Shown here: in pieces, positions 37,398 through 51,664 of the stretch
Layout: each line of letters opens with the position of its first letter
Numbering within the stretch: position 1 is the first letter of the stretch
NCBI RefSeq assembly: GCF_006345805.1
Contig: NC_042997.1
Location: forward strand, 25,358,001 to 25,422,000
From: Octopus sinensis
Taxonomy: Eukaryota
DNA length: 64,000 nt
Direction: 5' to 3'
Made by a program: the position numbers and the translations under genes
Notes under the pieces: model-generated
Database searches by the model: none
What the model saw: the letters and a program-made list of their open reading frames with translations, nothing else
Told to the model about the DNA's origin: nothing

Positions 37398-37830
37398 GAG
37401 GCAAGCTGGCTGAACCGTACGTTTGTCGGGCAAAATGCTTACTGGCATTTCGTCTGTCTTTACATGCTACGTTCAAATTTTGTCGAGATCGACTTTGCCT
37501 TTCACCTTTTCTGGGTCAATAACATAAAGACCCCTCGAGCACTTTGGTCGATGTAGTGGAATCATCCTACCCCCGAAATCGCTGGCCTTGTACCAAAATT
37601 TGAAATCATTATTATCTCCAATGAGGAGGCAAGATGTTTGAACATTTTGCGTGCTGCATAAAATGCTTAGCGGCATTTCGTCCATCTTTACGTTTTATAT
37701 TCAAATGCTGCTGAGTTCGACTTTGCCTTTCATACTTGCGGTGGTGATAAAATAAGAGACAGGCGAGTTCTGGGGTCGATGTTATCGACTTACTTCTCCT
37801 CTCAAAACTTCCGCTCTCGTGCTTTTAACA
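37398..37830 (+). mobile_element. Two degenerate SINE A copies, head-to-head with the preceding copy
   Basis: Family A head, B-box and tail motifs. Confidence 0.7.
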
Positions 37831-37912
37831 GAAAGGGTTATTACCTCATTCTCTATCGGTATCATTCACAATCATAATCCCTATCATTGCTATAGTAGTA
37901 GTAGCATTGGCG

Positions 37913-37961
<49 letters not shown>

Positions 37962-38227
37962 TAGTAGTATAGTAGTAGTAGTAAGTAGTAGTAGTAGTTC
38001 TTTCGGTATTGACAACGACTGGATTATCCATATGTATAAACACTCAGTATTGAAAGTGGATGGCAGCCCTCCATAGGTTTCAGGCCTAGGCTGCTGTGAT
38101 CCAACTGTACGTTCTCAATCAAATTTTGACTAACCTTATCGTTGAAACGGTAGCATCCTGATCTGATTTCTAGTACAGCAACCGAGTTATGAATGGCAAG
38201 TTTGTTTCTTTTTATTCGTTAGACATG

Positions 38228-38556
38228 CCATCTTGGGCAAGTGTCTTCTGCTATAGCCCCGGGCCGACCAATGCCTTGTGAGTGGATATGGTAGACGGAA
38301 ACTGAAAGAAGCCTGTCGTATATATGTATATATATATAAGTGTGTGTGTATATGTTTGTGTGTCTGTGTTTGTCACCCTAGCATTGCTTGACAACCGATG
38401 CTTGTGTGTTTACGTCCCCGTCACTTAGCGGTTCGGCAAAAGAGACCGATAGAGTAAGTACTGGGCTTACAAAGAATAAGTCCCGGGGTCGATTTGCTCG
38501 ACTAAAGGCGGTGCTCCAGCATGGCCGCAGTCAAATGACTGAAACAAATAAAAGAG
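38228..38556 (+). mobile_element. Composite SINE B/C, 5' truncated
   Basis: Starts at the TTGGGCAAGT block; C tail intact. Confidence 0.9.
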
Positions 38557-39014
38557 AAAAAAACAACTCAGATGACGCTATATCGATATCTAAAAAGCAA
38601 GGCATCTTAGCGTTCTCTGGAAAAAATGGCGAAACTTGCCCTAACGTTCTACAACATCATTTGTTCAAGAAACCAATTTTTATACCGATGTAACTGATTT
38701 TAGCCGGACTTTCGAAACGTGTGTACATTATATAAAGTAGTAACTTCCTTTATGTATTCTGTGTTCCATTTTTTTTCGTGTGCGGCTCGCGGATCCTGCG
38801 CATCAAACGGTCTGGAGTTATGAGATTTGACCAACAACAATGAAGAGACGAAATAGGAATGGAACCGAGCTGCCGCAATAAATTATTTTGGTAATGTGTC
38901 GTTCCATTTGGTGCTCTTAGGATAATGCACGCGCACGCGCATATGTAATATGCAAAGTTCTTGTAGAATATAGAACTATGAATATATTTTGTAATGTGAT
39001 TATCAACTAATTAT

Positions 39015-39176
39015 GCGTAGGAGTGGCTGAGTGGTAAGGAGCTTGCTTACCAACCACATGGTTCCGGATTCAGTCCAACTGCGTGGCACCGTGGGCAAGT
39101 GTCTTCTACTATAGCCTCGGGCCGACCAAATGCTTGTGAGGGGATTTGGCAGACGGAAACTGAAAGAAGCCGGTCG

Positions 39177-39210
<34 letters not shown>

Positions 39211-39224
39211 TGTATGTATGTATG

Positions 39225-39256
<32 letters not shown>

Positions 39257-39492
39257 ATATATATATATGTATATGTGTGTAACGTTTGTGTGTTTGTGTT
39301 GTCCCTCCAACATCGCTTGACAACCGATGGTGCTGTGCTTACATCCCTGTAAGTTAGCGGTTCGGCAAAAGAGACCGATAGAATAAGTACTAGACTTACA
39401 AAGAATAAGTCCTGGTGTCGATTTGCTCAACTAAGGGCGGTGCTCCAGCACGGCCGCAGTCAAATGACTGAAACAAGTAAAACAGTAAAGAG
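39015..39492 (+). mobile_element. Composite SINE B/C, full length
   Basis: Spacer expanded to ~100 bp of (TATG)n(TA)n. Confidence 0.92.
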
Positions 39493-40619
39493 TAATTATT
39501 TGTTTTTTTCTCGACTGAAATACTAGCAATATATTGTAGTGTAACACTCTGTATTTTCTACGTATTGCTGTAAAGCGGATGGACGTTGCCGAGTTTCTCT
39601 AGCATCTAGGATGCTACAATATTCAATAGTGCACTTACCACTGGACGAAGTCTTTCTGTCATTACTTATCATTTTCTGCTGGAAAAGAATTAAATTCACG
39701 GGGCTATTTAACAAGTTTAATCTCTTATCTGAATGGCTGTTGTGCTGGAAATCATACACCAAAACTTTTAATTTCCTACCATATTCCGTACCGTAATTAT
39801 GACTACATTTGATATTACAGTACTAAATACAGTTTGTCTTAAAATAGAAGAATCTACGGTTACATGCATACATATAGCCACATAGGAATCAGGCCACAGA
39901 AATATAGGAAACCATACAACATACAAAGAATAAATAAATACTTCTAGAATATATTTGCTTCTTCGGTATTTTCATTTTTAAATATGAAATAGAATGTCGA
40001 AAGCCTTAATTTTGATAAGAGGATTTTTTTTGTGTGTTTGATAGCATAGTGGCGTATCGATCAAATAATTTTCCCGTCGATGCATACTAGGGAGGGAAAA
40101 GTGAACTATTAAGAAAGTGAGAGGATGTGATAGAGAGAAATATACTGATACATATAAACAGAAAAAGATAGTATAAGAGAGAGAGAGAGAGAGGGAGAGA
40201 GAGAGAAGTGTGGGGGGAAATGATACATGAATTAAGAAAGGAGAGATAGAATGAAAATCACTGAGATAGCATCAACATAAATACGCGAAAGCTAATTATG
40301 CGTGCTTTGTCTTTCTTTGGCAACGTAAGATAATTTATAATTTGTAATTTATCTTTAAAGTTGGAAATCCGATTAGCTGATAATAAAAAGACATATATCA
40401 ATCAGCACCTTTTTTATAATAAGGATAAGAAATATTAATATTTTATCGAAAGAAATAAACAAAAAAGGATACAAAGTTTCCCTTTTTTTGTTTCTTTTGT
40501 AAAAATAATTTTACATCACATCAAAGTAAGAAAGGAATGAGAAGGCACAAACAAATGTGTTGAGAGTGCAGTTAGGGAGCGAATTATTATTGGTGTGGTT
40601 ATTATTATTGCGGAGCATG

Positions 40620-41450
40620 ATCGATGGCTGAATCATTAGATCAATGAACGCAGTTCCTCTTTGGCTGCAACCAGTTACGTTCTGAGTTCAAATCTCTCTG
40701 CGGTTAATTTCCTGTTTCTCCCCTCTTGGTTTCATAAAACAAAGTACCTGTAAAATGCTGAGGTCGATTTAACCAACCTTTCCATGACTCCAGACAACTT
40801 GCTATGTACCTTTGTTAGAAACAAATACAGTTACTAGTTTCAAATTTTGGCACGAGGCCAATAAATTTTTGTGGGGAGGGTAAGTCGATTATTTTGACCC
40901 CAGTACTCAACTGGTACTTATTTTATCGACTTCCGAAAGGATGAAAGGCAAAGTCGACTTCGGCAGCGTAGGATATCAGAACGTAAAGACGAAGTATTGA
41001 GCATTTTGTCCGGCACACTAACGATTCTCCCGGCCCGCCGTCTTCAGAAACATTTATAGTTATTTAGGCAGTGGAGTAATTGAGCCATTTGAACATCTGA
41101 CAAAATGTCCTGCTGTCATTTTTTCGTAATACTGAGGTCAACTTTCCTTTCATTCTCCGAGTTGGTAAATTAAAGAACCAAACAAGTAATAGAATCATTG
41201 GAATTGAATTCTCCCCCAGGCAAAATTGTTGGTGTGGGCCTAAATTAAAAACAATACTACGGTGGATGGCTCGATATCCAAATACTTAGACAGTTGGACA
41301 TGTTGCATCGTTAGATACGAGTAATTCATTTCTGAATTCAAATTTCGCTGAAATAGTCTTTGCCATTTATCCTTTAAAAGTTGATCCAATACAGAATTAG
41401 TGAAGTATTAGGTTTAATTTAATTGATTTTACCGCCAATCGAAAGGTCAG
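40620..41450. mobile_element. Cluster of four degenerate SINE A copies in mixed orientation
   Basis: Approximately 40620-40830 (+), 40833-41045 (-), 41060-41230 (+) and 41265-41450 (+). Confidence 0.6.
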
Positions 41451-42019
41451 ACACAGTACCTTTTGATTCAATAATATATATATATGAATAGTAATAGTGT
41501 GACAGCTAAAGAATGAATGAGATCTCGATATTAAGTAAATAGAGGAATTTGTAATATAATATTCGGATGGCATAAGTAAGCTCCGAGCTTCGAATGTCGA
41601 GGCAGAAATCTACTCCGGCATCTCGTCAGTTATTAAGACAAACAAAAATGCTATGAAAATGAACGTTATTAAGACAAACAAAAGAACTATTAGAATGACC
41701 GTTAAGTAAAGGGAAAAACCCAAAGGGGAGAAAGTAAAAGACGCTCATAGAATTCGCGTATGAGAGCATGTACATACACATGCGCGCACGCACACACACG
41801 TACATGTGCATATATGCATATGCTCTCTCACACTCGCGTGAATCAAAAGTGCGGTCTTTGTGATATGGGAAGATGGCTTATCTGGAAAAGCAGTTTAGAG
41901 CCCGCTGCAAATCTAATTCAAGATCTGAACTTTTTCGGTCAATGTCCATAATGGCTAAATATGTGCTACGTTTTGGGTTCCCACCCAAGATCACACATAA
42001 AACCTGCTTTTTATATTGT

Positions 42020-42305
<286 letters not shown>

Positions 42306-42311
42306 ACATAC

Positions 42312-42606
42312 ATGAGGAGCAATGGCCTTGTGGTTAGGGCAGCAGACTCGCGGTCGTAGGATCGCAGTTTCGATTCCCAGACCGGTGTTGTGAGTGTTTA
42401 TTGAGCGAAAACACCTAAAGCTCCACGAAGCTCCGGCAGGGGGTGGTGATCCCAGCTGTACTCTTTCACCACCCTTTCTCTCACTCTTTCTTCTGTTGGC
42501 CTGCTCGCTTAGCCAGCGGGGTGGCGTCATTGGAAGGCTAAAACAATGCGAACGCATTGTGACCAGCGATGTGTAGTAACATCTGATGGTCTGGTCTGTC
42601 ACGTGA
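42312..42606 (+). mobile_element. SINE family G (D head plus alternative tail)
   Basis: Matches family D up to CTCTCACTCTT, then a different tail ending TCACGTGATA. Confidence 0.88.
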
Positions 42607-43044
42607 TATATATATTTTTTCTGTATATTAGTTTTCACCTTTCATTTTTGTGCATGTGCGTATACACACGTGTATAGGAACATATTTCTGCGCGTATGGG
42701 TATATATACTTGTGTGCATGTGCGTGGTATGTTTTTGTGTACATGTGTATGGTTGCATATATATGTATACATATAGGTGTGTGTGTGGATGTGCATGCAC
42801 GTGTTTCACGCGAGTGTGAATGAGCATATGCATATATAGCATATGTGTATTTAGACATGTATATGAATATAATTGTGCGCGTATGGTTATGTGTACGTGT
42901 GTGTGTGCGTGCGTATGTTCGGATATGTGTACGCGTACACGTGTATGGATGCATATATATATATGCACATATAGGTGTGTGTGGGTGTGCATGTATGTGT
43001 TTCACGCGAGCGCGAGTGAGCATATGCATATGTGCATATGTACG

Positions 43045-43267
43045 TGAGTGGCAGAAACGTGAGCTGGCAGAAACGTTAGTACGCCGGATGAAATATTTAG
43101 CGGTATTTCTTCTGTCTTTATCTTATAAGTTCAAATTCTGCCGTGATCGACTTTGCCTTTCATCCTTTCAGGGTCGATAAATTAAGTACCAGTTGCGTAC
43201 TGGGATCGATCTAATCGACTGGCACACTCCCCCAAAATTTCGCGCCATGTGCCTGGAGTAGAAAAGA

Positions 43268-43269
<2 letters not shown>
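43045..43269 (+). mobile_element. SINE family A, single unit
   Basis: Head, body and tail CCCCAAAATTTCG...GTAGAAAAGAAT. Confidence 0.85.
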
Positions 43270-43306
<37 letters not shown>

Positions 43307-43603
43307 TAAAGTCAAAATGAGGGTGAAAAATTGGATATTAATTTAATAACATCAATTCAACACCAGTGGTCTAGCGCATAAAAAACTGAGATTCAGTAAA
43401 TATTATTTATACATAAATATGAGAGGGATCCAGTATATAGATCTGTATTTTTGTTATGTTTCATTTGTCTTGCTCGCTTACGTTCATGGTCTGCTTAATT
43501 TTCTGGAGAACAATTCTTAGTGGTTGACACTTATGCGGATCTCTTTTTAGCGTAAGGGCTTCCACATAGTGGATCCCTATCATATTTATGTATATATATA
43601 TAA

Positions 43604-43974
43604 AGGCGACGAACTGTGAGAAACGTTAGCCCGCAGGCGAAATGCTTAGCAGCATTTCGTCTTCCTCTACGTTCTGAGTTCAAATTCTGCCGAGGTCGAT
43701 TAAATAAGTACCAGTTACGCACTCGGGTCGATGTAATCGGCTTAATCCGTTTGTCTGTCCTCGTTTGTCCACCCTGTCTTTAGCCCCGTGTGGGTAGTAA
43801 AGAAATAAGTATTTCGTCTCCGCTACGTTCTGAGTTCAAATTCTGCCGAGGTCGACTTTGCCTTTCATCCTTTCGGGATCGATAAATGAATTACCAGTTA
43901 CGTACTGGGGTCGATGTAATCGACTAGCCCCCTCCCCCAAAATTTCGTGCTTTGTGCCTAGAGTAGAAAAGAAT
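43604..43974 (+). mobile_element. SINE family A, two units plus terminal tail
   Basis: Shows the head-[unit]-[unit]-tail organisation. Confidence 0.88.
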
Positions 43975-45431
43975 ATATATGTAGGTATGTATTAAATATG
44001 TGTGTGTATGCATTTTATTCCAGTGCCAGAACAAATACTCGAGATATTCACTCTCACCCTTTAATTTCTAAGTTCGAATCACGTAAAGATCAAATGTGCT
44101 TGTCATCATTCTGAAGTCGAGAACATGATATACTGGTCCCCACTTTTGTTTATTTTATCGACTAACCCATTTACAAATTTCATGTCTGTTAAATATGTTA
44201 AAAATTGTTATTAGCATATGTATTGAAAGATAATTAAATTGCTAAATTGCCGAACAAGGAAGTTTAAGTAAGCAGCAGTAATAGAATATAACCTGAGAAC
44301 TCAGTGGTGTCATAAAAGATTCCTGGATAATGTATAGCAGCTTAGTTTTACACGAAAATTCTTGCTCACTATATCCATAGAAGCGGACAAATATTAATCA
44401 AGCAACTGCTTTTATCGAATTTAGGATTGATACCACTCATCTTTAGGTATTTATAAAACATTCAAGATATATATTGTTGGTATAAAATACAAGTACCGCA
44501 TGTAGGTAGAATAATAATGTCCGAAATTTTAATACGAGGTTAGCAATTTTAATGAAGTGAGTTAATCGATTACAACGCCTCTGCGTTTAACTGGTACTTT
44601 ATCAATACCGAAGGGATGAAAGGCAAAATTGATAGCATTTGAACTCAGAACGTAAAGAGCCGGAAGACATGCCACTAAGAATTTCTTAGAAACCATAGCG
44701 GCGTTTCTTCCAAATCTTTATATTTACCGTTCAAATTACGCCCAATAATACGAAAGGTTTAATGCCGGTTATATCCTAAGAAAATTGATTCCTTCCAGTT
44801 TGAAATATTATTTCTTCGGGGTAAAAAATGTATAAAGTACACTCGTTTAGTGAAAGTAAGAACAATTATTTTTGTTTCTGATGTTACTGTGTCAGTTTAT
44901 TGGAGTATAAGGAAGAATGTAACTTCTGTATTTTCAGACAATGTGAGGAATCTGTTCATGCATAAATTATAGAATATATAGTTATGACAGAATTCTTATT
45001 TTATTTATTCTTTACTCTTTATGTCGAACAGTCACTATCTCAAAAAGTGACGCAAAATGCTTGAACTTGCGAAAAAAAAAAAATTATAGTATATTTTTTC
45101 ATATTGCCGTTATAAACTAATATAGCGCAAATACACACAAACGCACACACGCGAGCGAATATATATATACAAGTGAAATTTATTTGCAAAAGACCGTATA
45201 GAAATTATTTCTTACAATTAAGTAGAATGACACGTTTTAGGAACTCAAATAACATAGTATTATCTTTTAAAATGAATTCTGATAAAATTTATGCGCAAGA
45301 TGCATCAAAATGTATTCTAATGAATTTATGGTAAATTTTAGGATACTGAACTAGAAGCGAAATTGATACTCCAAAAAAGAGTAGGGTTTATTTGAACAAC
45401 AAGCATACTCAACAATATAGCTGCAAATTTT

Positions 45432-45630
45432 TAAACTGCGCACTGATGGAATCGTTAGCATGCCAGACAAAATGCGTAGCAATGTCTCATCCGTCTTTAC
45501 TTTCAGATTTCAAACGCTGCCGGGGTCAACTTTGCCTTTCATTCTCTGAAAGTGCCAGTTGTGCAGTGATGTCGATTTAATCGACTTAGCTTCCCTTCCG
45601 AAATTGCTGGCCGTGTGCCAAAATTTAAAG
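45432..45630 (+). mobile_element. Degenerate SINE family A
   Basis: Family A motifs. Confidence 0.65.
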
Positions 45631-46127
45631 CCAGTATAATTGTAAATTTTGAGTATCGTATTTCTCAATTCGTCTGCGAAGACCGCAGCTTCTGACACTC
45701 CTACAGTCCCAACATGTCAAAAGAAGTATAAACAATCATAGTGTCTCAAAATCGGTATTATTCCTAAATCTTTGTTCCAAAATTTAATGCAAAAGGAATT
45801 CAGCAGGAGAAAATTTGTATATAGATTTTAACGATGGGTATCAATGTTTTAGTAGAAATAATCTCGATGTACGTTTGTTATTTCTTCGAACTACAGAGTC
45901 AGATTAGCATCAAATAATTTCAACGTAATGATTCTCAGCAGATTCTTGTCGTGGTTATTTACAGAAATATGTATTCTTGGAGGTTTGCCGCGTATCTTTT
46001 CGTCAATAGCGAAAGTAACTGCTTGTGTGTGGGTGTGCATACACTACCCGCATCTATCTATCTATCTATCTATCTGTCTATCTGTCTCTCTCTATCTATC
46101 TATCTATCTTTCTATATATATATATAT

Positions 46128-46460
46128 GCTGAGAACCCTTCGGTCATGACTGACCATGGGATCGCACCTAAAAAGTTACCCTCCCAGGCACAAGTCCGGG
46201 CAAGGTTGTTTATGGAAGACCAGCAGTCACCCATGCATACCGGCCTCCCCTCTCCACGCCACCAGTGTTATCCAAGGGAAAGGCAACAGCAGATACAGCT
46301 TGGCACCTGTGACGTCGCAACTCATTTCTACAGCTGAGTGAACTGGAGCAACATGAAATAAAGTGACTTGCTCAAGAACACAACACGCAGCTTGGTCCGG
46401 GATTCGAACTCACAACATCACAATCGTAAGCTCGACGCTCGAACCACTGAGCCATGTGCC

Positions 46461-46465
<5 letters not shown>
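46128..46465 (-). mobile_element. SINE family F (E-type head and centre, different tail)
   Basis: Shares CAGCTGAGTG.ACTGGAGCAAC.TGAAAT.AAGTG..TTGCTCAAGAACACAA with family E; unique 3' half. Confidence 0.85.
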
Positions 46466-46493
<28 letters not shown>

Positions 46494-48725
46494 ATGTGTA
46501 TATATATATATATACAAACATACGTTTGTGTTTATTTTCATCTAAGAATATGGAAGCTCTTAATTATCATTAAATTACTTTCATATCCTCACCAAATATT
46601 TGCAAATATTCATCCAATCATTGCTCACCTTTTTTGCTATTCAAAATATGCAAATATCAATGGCAATCCTATAATTGCTTAACTGGCAGCTACACAGATT
46701 TTGAACCATTTCTCAGACACAAGAATGACATTCACCATTTCAATTTATGGACCCTTTTCACAAATATTCCACTAGATCCATCGTCATATTCGGCATTAGA
46801 AATATCTGAAGAGATGGTGGTGCTTTTCAGACTTTTCTTAATTTAATCTTCGTAATTGTTGATTTCCAACATCAAATAACTGTGTTTATGTTTTGATGGC
46901 ATCATCTTCTTTATATCAGTTCTCAACATAAATTTCCTTTGCAAATATCATTTATGTCTAATATATGTTTGCTAAAGTGGGATACGTGGGAAAAGTGGAA
47001 TTTGCAATTCCAAATCAGTTTGTACTTCAATGAAGAAATCCAAGTAGCAAAAGAGAATATTCAACCAGGTGGCGTTTTCGGTAATTTATAATGGACCATA
47101 TCATAGTCCAATAACATTCAGCTTCCTCTGTTGGTGTAATCATCATGAAATATGCTACATAGAAAAGAGCCAAAAAAAAAAAAGCTTAAATTAAAGCAAA
47201 TATTTACAGCTTAAAAATACATGGCATGAAATATAAAATTAATAAAAGAAAACAAAATGAAAATAAACATCTAAACACAAGCTAGCATGATTACTCTTTC
47301 ATTTACGTATCCACCAACCCATCTAACCGTAAAGAAATAAAATGAAATAAAATAAAAATTCAATATAATTAAACAGAAAAAATAAATAAATACATATTGA
47401 TCGTCAATATTTAAATTCCTTGTAAGCAGCGTTCGAATTTGCACATTTTGATGGCCTAGTAATAATTATGTGTGTGCGATAACGTGTATTTCGTTTGATA
47501 GATAACACACATAAATAAATAAACAAATAAACATAAAAGAAGATCTCAAGTTGAAAGCAGTTTTACGTTCCCCTTCACTGATTTCAAAGTGTGATATGTG
47601 TTAATTCAACTGTATCAGATGCAAAAATTTATGATGAGCTGACATGCCATGCTGTACATCCATCACTTCCTCTGAAATTCTCTCAGCTCACCACAACCCT
47701 TCTTATTTTCATTAGCAGAATCTAATCGACAAACTGCTGGACAGATACCTTGCTGCTATTTTTTTTTTCTATTTTGTAAAACCTATTTGTGTTTTGAGTT
47801 CAATTCTGGTTGTCTACAAGAACTGATAAAATATAAATACCAGTCAAATACTAATGAATCTTTTAATCGGAATTTTTAATAAAATTTACACCGTTTTTCA
47901 AGAATTATTATAATTACCATGAAAAGAACTGCAATGTTGGATATAATTCTCTAAGCTGTTTTTTCAGGCTGTTTTCTTTTTTTTTTAGAAAGAATTATTG
48001 TGAATGCCCCCCCCCCCCACCCCAATTTTCACTTTGTCTTCAAATTTCACTGTAGGGAATTTTTCTTTTCATCCTTTTATCTCCAATAAAATATAACGCT
48101 AGTTAAATGTTGAGGTCGATACCGACCAGCCATCCGCATTCAGTATTGTATGCCTTGTGACTAAATAAACGTGAAGTCGTTATGTGTGTACCAAATTAGC
48201 AGAAACTGCAGAGTAGAAAACTAAATATTTAGCAGGGTCATTCTTCCTTATTTCAAATCACCATAGGGGTAAATCTATATTTTACGGCACCATTTTTATA
48301 TGATACGATCTTATAAAGGAGGCTATGAAGCAGACTATAATATTTTGTGTGTTCTTGTGTGAATGTAAGATATATTCTACAACGAATATAAACACCCATT
48401 TAAGCTGTATTTAAGTTGTAACTTTATGTATTTCTATGTATTTTCGTCTTTCGGTCATTATGTTCCGAATTCAATCCTCTTGGAGGTCAATGGAGTCTCC
48501 ATACTTCTGTAAACTATGAACGAAATATTAGTCATCTACCAGTAATGATATAATCGAATGTTCACACGCACCCACAGCAACACACACACACACACCACAC
48601 ACACACACACACTCTTGTCAATTGTTTGTGTTAGACATTAGGAAAAGAAATAAAAAACTGGTATTCCAGAATCTTACTTATCTAAGTGGTTAATATTCTG
48701 AAATACCACTGCGACTGAATTTATA

Positions 48726-49675
48726 CAGGCTGGGACAGAGAGGACGGATATTTTTGAAATAGCAGTGGGAGGGACATATGTCCGTCAGGTACTATTTGGT
48801 CCGTGGTGTTTTAGTATTTTTTGTTTTCTTTTCATGTGAAGCAACGGTGTTGTGGACAATAGAACGTTGTGTGTTTGCCTACGGCGGTTACGTGAAGACT
48901 AGCGAGTCTGTTACAGCAGTTCAACGTGAGTTTCGGCGCCACTTCAACATTCACCGTAATGAGGCTGTTACCATCCTTAACACAATCTTACGTTGGGTGA
49001 ATGCACTTCGTACACGAAGTACACAAATGAATAGGAGACCTGTGGGGGGCTCCACGAACGGTACGGACCCCAGAAAATGTAGGACGTGTCAGAGTAGCTT
49101 TGATACGGAGTCCGAATCGCACTGCTCGGATGCATTCTACTCTACCAATTGGTCATTGGGCAACAGTTGAAACCATGGGACCATGCACAGCGGCTTAATT
49201 TCGTACGTCAGATGGAAGCTATTTCTGAATATGAGGGGTGGCATACCACTAAGTGTCTGGATGGACTTAGTTCCGTTCCCTTGCATTCAGTGGAAAAATT
49301 CTGTCTCAATCAACTTTGATGATTTAAACGATATTTTGAAAATGTAATTATTTCTTGTGGAGAAACCTCAAGGCACGAGTGTATGTGCATAACCCCCGTA
49401 CGTTGGACGATTTGAAGGAAGTTATTCACGTGCAAGTCACCCAAGTCAACAGAGCAATGCTGCAGAGAGTGGAGGCCAACTTCCAAGAACGCCTTCAGAA
49501 ATGCATCAATGAAAACAGAAATGCATTAATGAAAACATGACGGCTGTTGTTTTTCACACTTAATTTTTACAAATGCTAATTCAATACGAGCACACTGATG
49601 TCAATAAAATTTATTTGCATCTACAATTAATGATTTTGTGACTATTTCAAAAACGTTTGTCCTCTCTACCTCACT
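48726..49675 (+). mobile_element. Tc1/mariner element with DUF4817-type N-terminus, catalytic domain deleted
   Basis: TA|CAGGCTGGGACAGAGAGGACGGATATTTTTGAAATAG left TIR and a degenerate right TIR at ~49642-49675. Relics SVTAVQREFRRHF..TILRWV, LKPWDHAQRLNF and LWRNLKARVYVHNPRTLDDLK..NFQERLQKCI. Confidence 0.88.
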
Positions 49676-49908
49676 TTACCTTTCATCCTGAATATAATCG
49701 ACTAATCTCCTGCCCTAAATTTCTAGCCTCGAAATTATTATCATTTTCTATTAACATGCTGTTCACGATAGTTTGATATATTTGCTCAATCTGAATTTTA
49801 GTATTAAAAAATAGATTTCAAATGCAGAAAGGAAATATGAGTCTACTACACACTGGTTAATAGTATTTTTTGAGCGACATATTAGCTCATACCTAAGATA
49901 TTTATTCA

Positions 49909-50010
49909 AATATAAAGGGTGGCGTACCACAAAGTGTCTGGATGGACTTAGTTCCGTTGCCTTGCGTTCAATGGAAAAATTCTGTCTCAATCAACTTTGC
50001 TGATTTAAAC
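49909..50010 (+). repeat. ~100-bp dispersed direct repeat of 49228-49329
   Basis: 8 substitutions in ~102 bp by manual alignment. Confidence 0.9.
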
Positions 50011-50904
50011 AATTCTGTTCCTCTAAACTTCAGGTGGTATCGATACAGCAAGTGTTCAATTATTAAGCTATAAAATTTTCAATAATTTAGAGTTTAAATT
50101 GTTTGTACCTTATGGAAAATATTATGCTTTCACGGGTGCGAAATGTTCTTTGCCGTGTTTATGGGCTTCGTTTCCCCAAGGTTTAACAATGAAAATCAAA
50201 TCTATAGCAAACATCTTTCTCTCTCTCAAGTAATTAGGTATATTCCTTAAAAGACTGTGAAATACAAATCTACTTTCAGTCATAGCACACTATACACGAA
50301 CAACCCATCCACACGCACGCACATGTGCTGGTATACTTATGCTTGTACGTATGTATGTGCGCGAAAACGTATGAATGCATGTGAGAGTGTGTTTTTATGT
50401 ATAAGCTTATACGTGCGCAGGCATCTCTTTTTAAGTAGACAAACCCAAAAGATGCATGCATATCTTACCCGAGTCAATACGGAGTTGTTACTTGCCGACT
50501 TTATACAGGATAACAGTCATAGAGAAAAAAGAAAAAAAAAAGAAAAAAGAAAGGAAACGGTTGATCGTATTTGGAACGTCTTTGCTCATAAGTCTGCTCC
50601 ACCAGGTCCAGCTATGTGGCTGAAGAGCAACAACCACATCAATTTTCTTTGCCATAAATTCTTTTGCATTAAATTGGTTTCAGTTACTTTTCGCCTATTT
50701 TCTACCCTTTTTGCAAAAACTTTTTTGTCTCATATTTTCTGCAAATGTTACTTCTAACCAATTCCATCCGTAGTTATTGCTCGTGTTACTGATCACGCTA
50801 ATACTGTTGACTTCTTCTTCTTCCCATGTCTTCGTTTCACTTATATTCCACAGTCATTCCCGTCCCTACGCTATTTTCTATCTTCCATTTTCTGAGTTTC
50901 ACAT

Positions 50905-50945
50905 AAACATCAGTACACACACACACATACATACACACACACACA

Positions 50946-50992
<47 letters not shown>

Positions 50993-51005
50993 ACACACAC
51001 ACACA
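50905..51005. repeat. (CA)n microsatellite
   Basis: Direct reading. Confidence 0.95.
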
Positions 51006-51664
51006 TGTTCATACAAAAGAAATTGATTCACATTCATATAAGTAAACATACAAATACTCATAGAACACACGCGTGTACACATTCAATACAGACATATGAA
51101 CACATATATACTGGTCGTTATTTATCTTTATCTTTCATTTCTCTGTCTCTGTTTCTCCATAAAACAAATTAAAAATAAAATAAAATAAAATAAAATACAA
51201 AGAATAATACGTGCACTGCCATCTCCACCATGTTCACCTTTGCAATCGATTTGACCGATACGCGATGCCATGTCAACTGGCCCTAGGGTACATTTACTGT
51301 CAAGGTACAGGAGATATATAGCTCCCACAGCGAACACCCAACCCACCGCAGATACTGTTTCTTTTCCTGGATACTTGCCTTATCTATCATCTGACATTCT
51401 TTCCAAGGAAGCGAAACTCAAAAACTATTTATTTAGATATTCTTTTCTTTTATATATATTGTAATTTTAGAGCCATTACTATATTTTTAGTACACACACA
51501 TACACACACACACGTAAATAAGTTAAATATTTATGTACGTGTGTACGTATCTATCTACATACACGTGCATGTATATATATACTCATCTGTCTACATATCT
51601 ATCTATCTATCTATGTATGTATCTATCTATCTATCTATCTAAATATACAGATCTTTGTCATTTA

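Noticed and set aside
41575-41632. CTGACGA...GAAG with a palindrome on the - strand
   Set aside because: GAAA is mutated and there is no stem I.
41629-41704. 36-bp tandem duplication
   Set aside because: An ordinary, diverged two-copy slippage product with no further structure.
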